Source: Lama guanicoe
Lineage: Eukaryota
Direction of reading: 5' to 3'
Assembly (NCBI GenBank): GCA_013239625.1
Contig: MU053136.1
Span: 576,017-640,016 of the forward strand
DNA length: 64,000 bases
Shown: one piece after another, positions 50,901 through 60,101 of the stretch
Layout of the letters: the number at the start of each line of letters is the position of its first letter
Numbering within the stretch: the first letter of the stretch is position 1
Translations under genes and position numbers: made by a program
The notes under the pieces: model-generated
What the model was told of the DNA's origin: nothing
The model's input: only the letters and a program-made list of their open reading frames with translations
Databases searched by the model: none

Positions 50901-53179
50901 TGTAGGCTCCCCACAGATAGAGAACATTCAGCCGTTCTCTGCCAAAGACCTGTCCATTCGCTCGCTGGGGGACCGGATCCGGGACCTTGCTCAGCTCAAG
51001 AACCTCTACCCCAAGAAACCCAAGGACGAGGCTTTCCGGAGCCACTACAAGCGTGAGCTGGAGCTGGCAGTTCTGATCCCTTCCTGTAGTCCACCTCCCT
51101 CCTGCTCCCAGCTGCCCCCTCTCTGCCCACTGTGTGTTATCCCTGACTTCTCTCTCCATTTTTGTCACCCGACTTCTTCTATCTACCTATCAGCCATGCC
51201 CACCTTTTCCACCATCCTTCTTGCCTAACCCTGAAGCATTCCATGGCTCTCCTTTCCTCCCCACAACAGCTGAGCAGATGGGTAAGGATGGCAGGGGTTA
51301 TGTCCCAGCTACGATCAAGATGACTGTGGAAAGGTGAGTGGGCTGATGTGGATGGTGGGTGGGGCCTGGGACTTACTTGCAGGAAGAGGTGATGGCATCA
51401 ACTTCTGGTCAGTCACAGGTGCCTTCTTCCCTCCTCCAGGGACCAGCCACTTCCCACCCCAGAGCCCCAAATGCCTACTATAGTCCCCAGCTACGATCTT
51501 GGAATGGCCCCTGACTCCTCCATGAGCATGCAGCTCGGCCCAGACATGGTGTAAGAAGCCTAAGAGATGGGAATGGAGTGGGCTGTGTAGACGGGCTTTA
51601 GCACGGGCAACTGGGAGAGCTGGCACTGGGGGCTGAAGCAGAGAACTTCCCTTTCCTTGAACGGGATTCGCTATCTTGAGGCAGGGAGTGGGGGTGTCCA
51701 GGAGAAGGGCTGGCATCAGGGGTCTGCTTTCTTTCCCCAGGCCCCAGGTGTACCCACCACACTCTCACCCCATCCCCTCATATCCAGCCCTCTCCCGGGA
51801 AGAACCCGTCAGTGTGTTGCCAGCCTTCCCGGAGTAAGTGGGGCATCTCTGGGGGATGGGACAGGATACCCACCTGCAAGGGGAACGGGCACTTGGATTT
51901 GTCAGGAGAGGCTCTTCTGTGAGGAAAGGGAGGCAAAAAACCAACACCTTTGTCACTATGTCCACTCCATTGGGGCATTAGTGACTAAGGTCAAGGTTCA
52001 AATTCCAGATTCACCACTTGCTGACTTTGAGCAAGTTACTTAACTCTGATGCCTCGTCTGTAAAATGGGGAATAACAATGATGATCATTCTAATACCTTC
52101 CTCCCAGGGTGACTGTGAAGGTTAACTGAGCTCATAATATGTGCAAAGTAAGCGTAGTACCTGGCTCACAGCAAGAGCTATGTAGTATTATTACCTCTCC
52201 TGCCCCTGAAATCTACTGTCATTTGTCTGCTGTCTTGATTTCATTTATTAATTGTTTTGGCCCTGAAGTGGCATAGACAGTTTTGTTCCCTACGTAGCAC
52301 TCAGGTGCTTATTAACTCTCGGTCAAGGTGCAACATCTCCCCTCCTAGGAATTGACATAGGGGTGGGGACTGGGGGACTTAGAACCACCAAATTTCAGAG
52401 TTCAAAAAAACATTGGAAATTAACTAATCTAGACCTTCTCTGTCCACTACCCCCAGTCCCCAGGGCATACACATCATTACAGGTAGAAATGGCTCGCCCA
52501 AGGCTATGCAGTCAGGATGAGGAGCTGGAAATTCTGTTTCCTCACTCAGCGGTCTTGACTTTGTCACATGTTACCCTTGCCCAACCTTCCTTTCTCTGAC
52601 TGCCCTCCTTTGTGCTTCCAGACCTCACCTGCAGATGCCCCCCAACCTGAGCCAGATGAGCCTGCCCTTTGACCAACCTCACCCACAGTGAGTGGCAACC
52701 CCCTGTCCTGATCCCATGCTCCCCATTCATTCCTAGCCTCCTCCCTCCCCCACCTTATTTACTTTTCTGGGCCTGGCAGGGGCCTGCTGCCGTGCCAGCC
52801 TCAGGAGCATCCCGTCTCCAGCCCTGAGCCCCTGCTCTGCTCAGATGTGACCATGGCAGAAGAGAGCTGCCTGAGCCAGCCTGTGGGAGGGTTCCCCCAA
52901 AGCACCTGGTGAGTGGTGGCCTGGGGGTGAGGCTGGGTAGGGGCTGAGGAGTGGGTGCCTGTCCCAACTGCTTCCCCTCTTCCTCCCTGCAGGGTCGGTG
53001 AAGACATGTACCCACCTTTGCTGCCTCCCACTGAACAGGACCTCACTAAGCTCTTGCAGGGGCAAGGCGAGTCAGGGGGAGGGTCCTTGGGAGCCCAGCC
53101 CCTCCTGCAGCCCTCTCACTATGGGCAGTCTGGGATCTCAATGTCCCACATGGACCTAAGGGCTAACCCCAGTTGGTGA
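43857..53179 (+). CDS. STAT6: Signal transducer and activator of transcription 6 (21 coding exons, 2541 nt, 846 aa)
   Basis: Hand-spliced exons give one open frame [14 protein letters not shown]...[11 protein letters not shown]-binding [14 protein letters not shown]2 [10 protein letters not shown], phospho-Tyr GYVP (tat 51299-51301), LTKLL coactivator motif. Confidence 0.98.
44381..44519 (+). CDS. STAT6: STAT6 exon 3
   Basis: [46 protein letters not shown]. Confidence 0.95.
44813..44896 (+). CDS. STAT6: STAT6 exon 4
   Basis: [28 protein letters not shown]. Confidence 0.95.
45333..45471 (+). CDS. STAT6: STAT6 exon 5
   Basis: [46 protein letters not shown]. Confidence 0.95.
45598..45650 (+). 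CDS. STAT6: STAT6 exon 6
   Basis: [18 protein letters not shown]. Confidence 0.94.
45823..45971 (+). CDS. STAT6: STAT6 exon 7
   Basis: [50 protein letters not shown]. Confidence 0.95.
46558..46689 (+). CDS. STAT6: STAT6 exon 8
   Basis: [43 protein letters not shown]. Confidence 0.95.
46810..46998 (+). CDS. STAT6: STAT6 exon 9
   Basis: [27 protein letters not shown]...[12 protein letters not shown]. Confidence 0.95.
47326..47413 (+). CDS. STAT6: STAT6 exon 10 (tandem CAGCAG acceptor; alternative start 47323)
   Basis: [29 protein letters not shown]. Confidence 0.92.
47536..47658 (+). CDS. STAT6: STAT6 exon 11
   Basis: [41 protein letters not shown]. Confidence 0.95.
47888..47915. repeat. 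(CA)14 microsatellite within a MIR in STAT6 intron 11
   Basis: Read directly; flanking MIR-like catttcacagatgaggacattgag. Confidence 0.9.
48263..48355 (+). CDS. STAT6: STAT6 exon 12
   Basis: [31 protein letters not shown]. Confidence 0.96.
48687..48893 (+). CDS. STAT6: STAT6 exon 13
   Basis: [29 protein letters not shown]...SVSWSQFNK. Confidence 0.96.
49463..49611 (-). mobile_element. tRNA-derived SINE (Vic-1-like) inserted in a MIR, STAT6 intron 13
   Basis: Minus strand ggggagggtgtagctcagaggtagagtgcatgcttagcatgcacggggtcctgggttcaatcccc; imperfect TSD tggaaccc...atatttct at 49444-49462 and 49615-49631. Confidence 0.88.
50248..50342 (+). CDS. STAT6: STAT6 exon 14
   Basis: [32 protein letters not shown]. 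Confidence 0.96.
50439..50575 (+). CDS. STAT6: STAT6 exon 15 (SH2)
   Basis: [45 protein letters not shown]. Confidence 0.96.
50906..51052 (+). CDS. STAT6: STAT6 exon 16
   Basis: [49 protein letters not shown]. Confidence 0.96.
51270..51333 (+). CDS. STAT6: STAT6 exon 17 (Tyr641)
   Basis: [22 protein letters not shown]. Confidence 0.96.
51440..51550 (+). CDS. STAT6: STAT6 exon 18
   Basis: [37 protein letters not shown]. Confidence 0.94.
51741..51833 (+). CDS. STAT6: STAT6 exon 19
   Basis: [31 protein letters not shown]. Confidence 0.93.
51975..52195 (+). mobile_element. MIR SINE
   Basis: ggttcaaattccagattcaccacttgctgactttgagcaagttacttaactctg...tctgtaaaatggggaataacaat. Confidence 0.8.
52622..52687 (+). 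CDS. STAT6: STAT6 exon 20
   Basis: [22 protein letters not shown]. Confidence 0.94.
52780..52908 (+). CDS. STAT6: STAT6 exon 21
   Basis: [43 protein letters not shown]. Confidence 0.94.
52993..53179 (+). CDS. STAT6: STAT6 exon 22 coding part (stop TGA 53177-53179)
   Basis: [61 protein letters not shown]. Confidence 0.96.
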
Positions 53180-54284
53180 TCCCAGCTGGAGGGGGAGCCC
53201 AGAGAGAGAGCTCTTCTGCCCCCGTTGGACCTGCTCTGGACACCTGCCCAAGCTCCTGCCAAGCAGCCGATGGGGAGGATGTCCTCCTATCCCCACCTAC
53301 TCCCTGGTGAGGGGGAAAAGACTTTGCCAGGAGAATGTGCAGCGGGTGGAACGTATCTACTCTTTCCCTCCCACCACACACCCCTGCCCTCTCACTTCCA
53401 AATACTGGAAGGGAAATTCAGGTTCCAAGTGAGACACACCCCAACATGCCTGCACATGCAGAACACACACATAGCTCTCCTTGGAAGGTGAGGCTGAGCA
53501 GGAAGGGGGCTGGGCAAGAGCACTGGTGAGGGCACAGAGGACTTCTCCACCCACCAGGAGCCAGGGCTCAGGATGCACATGTAGAAACACGCAGACACAT
53601 GCACACTCTTGTACCAGAGACTGGGGATGACGGTGTGGGCTTGAGTCGCAGCCCTGGGGGGATGGGAAGGCAGTTCAGGAGACCTAAACTCCTCCTGCGT
53701 GGTGGTCTATACATTTGGTTACTGATGTGGGTTTTGCTCAAATTAAAACACAAATCCCAAACAACTCCAAATTCTTGCCAGTCAGATAGAGGCTTCTGGT
53801 TATGTGTATGAGATTGTGCACAAGTACAAGGGCTGAATTTCTTTGTGTATAGCTGTGTGCAAGTGTGTGTACCTGAGACTTAATACATAATGTCACACAT
53901 GGTAGTTGTATGGCCACATAGAAAATGTGCCTCTCTGATTTTGCCTGTATGACAAGTTTGGAAGTGTGAGACACTGCACAAAAGTCACCAGCAAGTATGC
54001 TGGTCTCTCTACGTATGCTACCCCACAAGTACTCAGCTCTGAGTACATGCCCAGGTGGGTCTATGTGGCTGTGACATCTGCGTATGGCTATAGCTTTGGT
54101 GGCTCAACACCACCAATTCTGCCCAGAGTCTGGGGCCCAGGCCCAGGTGTGTGGTCCTCTCTGGGCACTGGGGGCCCCACCCACTGCTTCTTTTCTATTC
54201 CTCCATCCACTGCCAGCTTCCTTGCACTCCCCTGCCCCATGCCACCCTCTCTCCATCTTCGGGGTCATAGATCCTAAGCCATAA

Positions 54285-54315
54285 AATAAATTTTATTCCA
54301 AAATAACAAAATAAA
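54285..54315 (+). terminator. STAT6: STAT6 poly(A) signals
   Basis: AATAAA at 54285-54290 and 54310-54315, about 1.1 kb after the stop. Confidence 0.8.
54292..54297 (-). terminator. NAB2: NAB2 poly(A) signal
   Basis: tttatt on plus = AATAAA on minus, about 730 nt after the NAB2 stop. Confidence 0.8.
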
Positions 54316-55022
54316 TAATCTACTGTACACGATCTGAAAAGAAAGACGCTCTAACTGCTCAGACAGGTGCTGCAGTCTAGCCCCCAGCTGAGGGAGACCC
54401 TGAGTCCACCCAGGCCTCCTGAGGAAGCCAGTGAGGGGGACCCCACCCCCCCAGAGAGGGCAGGGGGGAAAGAACTGCTGAGGACTTGGGGGAAAGAGGA
54501 CTTGGATGGATGGGCAAACTGCAGCACTTGTTAAATTAAAGAAACAAACTAGAAGCACAGAAATGGGGGAGCAGAGGGGAGGAGCAGGTCCAGTGTTCCC
54601 AGGCCCCCAGTTTTATGGGGAAACATTTCCATTTTTAGCTGCTGGACCCTCCCAGGGAAGTCCCCCTCTCCCCCATGTTCAAACTGAGTCCAACTGCTCA
54701 CACCACTGGTTCAAACTAGAGAGGATAAGAGTATGTTGTGTAAGGGAGGGGAGAACCCCAAGTGTCCTGGAGGCAGAGTCCCTGCCGCGCTGTTCTCGGC
54801 GAGGGTGAGGGGGCACCATGCACCCTCCTTGTGTCCTCTCGCCAGGCCCCTGCTCGTTATTGCTTGAAGCCCCATAGTTCTACGCCCATGGAGCAGGTAG
54901 GGAGGCAGGAGAAGGGCCGCGGAAGGATCCAGGGTTGTGACTCGATGCCAGGGACTGAGAGTGTAGGGGTCTGTGTGAGCCAGAAGCCCAGGGCCCTGGG
55001 TCTCAAGACACCGGTCTGCCCC

Positions 55023-55132
55023 TCACTGCCGGCTGGCCTCAGCCTCCACTTTCACGCTGCTCCTTCGGCCTTCCACCAGAGCGGGATGGGGTCCTGGGGC
55101 AGGGCACCGGTCCAGCAGCCCTTCCTCGAACT
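55023..55132 (-). CDS. NAB2: NAB2 exon 7 coding part
   Basis: [36 protein letters not shown]. Confidence 0.95.
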
Positions 55133-58100
55133 CTGCAGGGAGAAGGCGCAGGTTAGGAGGCTGTGGGGTGGACACTGCAGAGGGAGGTGGTTGACAACAG
55201 TGGCGGGGGTAATAAGGCTGCGAAGATGAGCTTGATTTATTGAATTACTGCTTCCTGCCCACCTCGTGTACAGAGGGGTTCCATCCGAAGTGTGTGCGCC
55301 CCCTCCCCTTTCTGGCTGTGTGGAGCTCTCTGTATGTGTCTCTCTCTGTCTCTCCCGCCTCCGTTCTGCTGGAATTTCTGGTTCAGTCAGGAGCTGTGGG
55401 GGCGGCTTGGCTCTGACCTCTCCCCCTCCCCCTCCGCAGGCTCCAGCACCCCCACTCCTCCCTGGCCCCCTCCCAGGCCCCACCCACCCNNNNNNNNNNN
55501 NNNNNNNNNNNNNNTTCAGTCCCCGCCCCCACTCCCCACCCACGCACAGTTTAAAAATACCAAGCCAGGGCTGGTGGCTTTGTCTGGTGCGTCACTCTCA
55601 GCCCAGCCGCTGCCCGGCCCTCTGCAGGCCGACTTGCCTACTCCCCCTTCCCCCATCCACACACAAAACATCCCCCTTTGGGCTCCTCCAATTCCAAGCT
55701 GGCAGCCCCACCTCAACTCCTAGCCTGCTCCACACTCCTGCTCTGCTGGAAGTTCTATTCAAGCTGTCCTTCGTGTTCCCCTTCGCCCTGCACCCTCTGT
55801 GCCCCTGCCCCGATCCCCTCAGAGCCCCCTTTACAGATCTCCATTAGGGTCAGACCCTCCCCAGTGGGAACAGCCCTGCAGGGTCCTCCTCTCCTCAACC
55901 CAAGGCCTGGTTGGCTGGAGCCCCACCATCCTACTGCCCTCTCTGGTGACCGCATCCCTCTTCCTCCCACCTGGCCCCAGGACACCAGGATTGCTGCATG
56001 GGGCCTGGGTGGCAGGGGTCCTTGGGGACAGCACTGCTGGCTGCCTCACCTGCGAGAGGCGGCTTCGCAGGCACACAGGGGCTGAGGCGGCCCACGCGGT
56101 CATGGGAGACGAGGCGGGCTAGCCGCAGCCCCTCATCCATCAGTGTCTGCTGCAGGATGTGGCGGCTCCACAGCCCATGGGCTGGCAATGCCAGAGGCAG
56201 GTCAGCAGGGGGCGGCGTCAGCCTTGGGCATGACCCCACCGCTGTGGGCATGGGCACGGGTCAGGTAAGGGACTACAGTCAATGGAACCCCCTCCCTCAA
56301 CCGCACAGCCAGACCCAAAGGCCCATTCTCTTTTGCCCCCATCCAGCCAGGCCTCCCAACCCTATTCCAGGCAGGTGCCTCCTGGCTCCCTCCTCCCACA
56401 CCTTCCACGCCCGCAATGAAAAGAGGAGTGTTCTGTGCACACTTACCCTGCAAGTGTCCATCCAGGCTCTCCCCAGACAAGCTGGCGTTGTCTTCCTCCA
56501 AGCTGGGGCGGTATGGGGGTGCATAGGACTCAGGGCCCGGGGGAGGCTGCTGGATTTCAGAGTGACTTTGTTCTCCGACCTGTGGATGCCCCAAATGGGG
56601 AAGTGAGGACCTGGCAAGGGAGGGGGTCGGGGAAGGCTGCCCTAACCCCGCCATATACATCCTGGAAAACCTACCTCCTGTTTCAGCTTCTTCAGTGGGG
56701 GCCCTCCCAGTTCTTCAGGGTGAAGCCTGCAAAGATGGAGAGGAATAGGAGGGTGAGGCTGGGGAGGGACACATGGTGGCTAAGACACAGAATCTGGCGG
56801 AGAACACGTATCATTTCAAGACTCTGGAAAGACACTGGCTAAGCAGGAGTCTCCAGCTCGGGCACTACTGTCGTGGGGGGCAGAGGAAACCTGAGATTGG
56901 CGGGAGGAGGGGGCCAGGCCTCAGACAAAGGCAGGACATGCAGGCGGGTGGGAAGCTGGCCTAGCGGCACCTGAACTGGAGAGTAAGATGTGACCCAGCT
57001 CCTTGGTAGGATTCTGATCTAGAAAGGACCTGGAGAAGGAGGTCTCACCTGGAGCCCTTCAATGAGGACAGGTAGGTGCTCTCTCTGGCCACTTGACGAG
57101 ACAGGGAGAAGAGCTCCACCCTACGCAGCAGGAGCGTGTTGTCCCTCATGCAGAACTGGGCAGCAGCCTCGTTGATGGTCAGCTGCAGAGGGGGCCGCCA
57201 GAGCAGTGAGAACCCCACCTCACCTACCGCCTCACCCAGACCGCCACACTCCCCTTCACCACCAGACAAACGAGGCCCATCGTGAGATGCTTGCTTGGGT
57301 TTAGACACCACACAGGCACTTTTGGGGGGAGGAAGACAGAGGTCAGCGCCCACAGCTCCCTAGGAATGCCTGGGGCCTCCTCCACTCCTGGGGGGTCCTG
57401 AGCAGCATGGAGCTGGACAGCTGGGCTCTTGCCTGTGTCTCTGCTTCCCCCTCAGTCGGGGAGGGAAGCACTGCAGCAGCTGGGAGGTGTGGGAGGGGAT
57501 CAGGGCCTGGGACCCTGCTCAAGGAGCAATGAAACAGCCTTGGAGAGTGTGAGCATTCCCAGAGGTGAGTAGGTCAAGGCCTGGGAGTCAAGAACAATCC
57601 TGGGAGGCTGGGTCCTCACCTCATGCAGGCTGAGCTGCTTGCCCTCCCGCCGCTTGGAGTCAAAGCGGCCATAGATGATGCTGTATTTGCGGATCTCCTC
57701 TTCCTTCTGGCTGTCATTATCGTCCATCTCAAAGATGTGCCCCACACTCCGTGCCAGCTTCTTATTCAGCTTCAACAAGGATGTTACCTCCCCAGCATCC
57801 CCCCTTGGGAAGCTCCGGAAGATCCTCTCCACGCTCTCCACCACCATGCGTACCATCTCTGGCTCCAGTCGATCCTGACCACCCCCAGCCCCAGCTGCTG
57901 CCAGCCCCCCAGCCCCAGTCCCCTCAGGGACTCCTCCCCCTGCAGGTGGGGAGAACGGGGGCGAGCCAGCCTCCTCGTCTCCTCCTGCCCCAACATCAGA
58001 CTCTGGAGTGCTCCGGCCTGGCCAGATCCGTGGGTCCCCTGCCCCAGGTCCCCCAGGCAGTGGTGACAGCTTCTCTCCAAGTTCAAGGGGGCTCTTAGGG

Positions 58101-59021
58101 CTAAAGCTGCGGGCACTGCCCGCCTTTTCCCCCGGGCTGCCGTGCCCATTGCTCATGCTCCCTTTCCGGGTCCCTGCAGTCTCAGAGATCTTGAAGAGCG
58201 GAATGCTGGAGACGGGCACAGCAGGCACTGGCTGGCTGAAGAGCCCTGGATTGGTGGCCCACTCTCTCAGTGCCTTCTGTAGGCGTCGGACATGGAGGGG
58301 CTTGGTGGCCATGCCCACGAGCGCCATGATCTCCAGGAACTCCTCCTCACCCGCCTCACACAGTTGCTGCACGTCGTCCCCTCCCTGCTGGATGAAGGTC
58401 TCATAGTAGGAAAGAAGATTGGCGCGCTGCAGGACCCGGTACAGTTGCAGCTCCCCCAGTGTCCGAGGCAGGGCCATGGCTCGGGCACTGGGCCTGAGAA
58501 GGAGGTTCACAGCAGAGAGAGGAGGGCAATCAGCATAAGTCCCCCTGCTGGGTACCTCCCCACACTCACAATTGTTTTCTTTCCTGCCTGCTTCTCTTCC
58601 CCTCTTTTGAATGCTCTCTCTGCCCAATGCCCAGGCCTAACCACAGACGATGAGAATCAGCATTGCTCAGAGGCACAGCTATGCCAGTGCCATCCCAGAC
58701 TGGCCAGAAGTACCAGAAGCCAGACCAGTCTTCGCAGAACTCAAAGGCTCTGAGCCCTGTCCTCAGATTTTACCTTTCAGGCCTGGGGCAAGGAGACCTT
58801 GAGTGCTGAGGCCGACCAGCACACCTCTGGGATGGCTGGACCATCCTCTCTTCCAGAACACAGTGCTAACCTTCCACCCCAAACACCCAGCCGTCTCAAC
58901 ATTACACAAGTTAACTTCCTGCACTGAGGTGAATGTAAGACCCCCATTCTCCCTACAGTGGGCACTTGGGAACACTACTGGCCAGCAGCACTCCCCCAGG
59001 GCATCCTGCCCATGTGGCTGA

Positions 59022-59082
<61 letters not shown>

Positions 59083-60101
59083 GGGCCCTCCTGCCCTTTC
59101 CCACTCAGAGAACCAGGCAGACCCCTGCTCCACTCCCCCTTTTCCACTCCTGCTCAGCTTTTCCCACGGATTAGGCATTTTTAGGGCACTCTTGCTTTCT
59201 TCCCCCAGGACCTCCCACCGCTTCTCAATTGTCCAGTGCCCCCCAGTTGGCACCTCTCCCAGCAGTAGCCTTCCCCACCTGCTCTGTAGGTAGGCCCATC
59301 CCTTCAGCTCAGGCACAGGGGAGGGGAGGAGTGCCTCAATTGTTCTGCTCTGGGGCCCATTCCGCCCCCACACACTCCCACACTGGTAGCGTCTGTGGGC
59401 GAAAAACCGCCAGGGGCTCCCGCCTATCTTCTCCCTCATTTTCCACCCACATCTTCAAGTGGAGTGGGGGAGCGACACAAGGCCTCTTGAGGGAGGGGCT
59501 GCACACTGAAACTTCCCTCCCCATGCTGTAAATAAAGGTATAGAAACGAAAAGGGACGCCTAAGGCAAGCCCGACTTCTGCAAAGCTCCTTTGATTCTTT
59601 CTTGGTTCAAAGGCTCTGGCTTCTCCCGGACGCACGGGCTGTGCGCTCCATGCCTACGACAGACTGAGCCAGCTGAGCGGCCCTCCCCTGGCACTGCTGC
59701 CAGCTAGAGCTCCAGGGCTTCCCCTGGCTCTTGGGAGCCCCCACATTCTTTGCAGGGGGCTCACATGCCAGGTCATGCCCACAGAGTAAACGGGGAAAGG
59801 AGAATTAGGTACTATTCTTTCACATCCAGATTCATCAGATCTCTGCCTGCTCCTAGGGCCCCCTAATTCGAAGACGCACCCCCTTTCCATCAGTCTCCAC
59901 CCCCCACCCCCGTTCCGCTTCCCCTCGTCCTCTCCTCGACCTCCGCCCTCCGGACCCCTTTCCCGAGTCCAGCTCCACCCATCTCCACTCCCTGCCGCTC
60001 TTCCCTTTGCCCACTAACTTGAGTCTGGGCTGCGGGGTCCGGCGGGCGCTGTCCCCTGCGCCCGGCGGCTGCTCGGCTGTAGGGGAGGGCGCTCTGTGCA
60101 T
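55023..60101 (-). CDS. NAB2: NGFI-A binding protein 2, EGR co-repressor (7 coding exons, 1578 nt, 525 aa)
   Basis: Hand-spliced open frame [13 protein letters not shown]...[13 protein letters not shown]1 [23 protein letters not shown]2 [20 protein letters not shown]-type motifs LKQE and VKVE. Confidence 0.98.
55490..55514. other. Assembly gap (25 N) in NAB2 intron 6
   Basis: Run of n within a C-rich tract. Confidence 0.99.
56050..56241 (-). CDS. NAB2: NAB2 exon 6
   Basis: [64 protein letters not shown]. Confidence 0.95.
56447..56579 (-). CDS. NAB2: NAB2 exon 5
   Basis: [44 protein letters not shown]. Confidence 0.95.
56675..56726 (-). CDS. NAB2: NAB2 exon 4
   Basis: [17 protein letters not shown]. 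Confidence 0.95.
57049..57182 (-). CDS. NAB2: NAB2 exon 3
   Basis: [45 protein letters not shown]. Confidence 0.96.
57620..58493 (-). CDS. NAB2: NAB2 exon 2 (874 nt)
   Basis: [18 protein letters not shown]...EGKQLSLHE; cag acceptor, gtgagg donor. Confidence 0.97.
59025..59080. repeat. (GT)28 microsatellite in NAB2 intron 1
   Basis: Read directly, uninterrupted. Confidence 0.97.
60019..60101 (-). CDS. NAB2: NAB2 exon 1 coding part (83 nt)
   Basis: [28 protein letters not shown]; aa|gttagt donor. Confidence 0.94.

Noticed and set aside
53560..54090. Alternating purine-pyrimidine-rich stretch in the STAT6 3' UTR as a possible structured RNA or miRNA hairpin
   Set aside because: No extended inverted repeat could be traced by eye; looks like decayed (CA/TG)n sequence
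57623..58753. Several 110-150 aa plus-strand ORFs
   Set aside because: Antisense shadows of the GC-rich NAB2 exon 2
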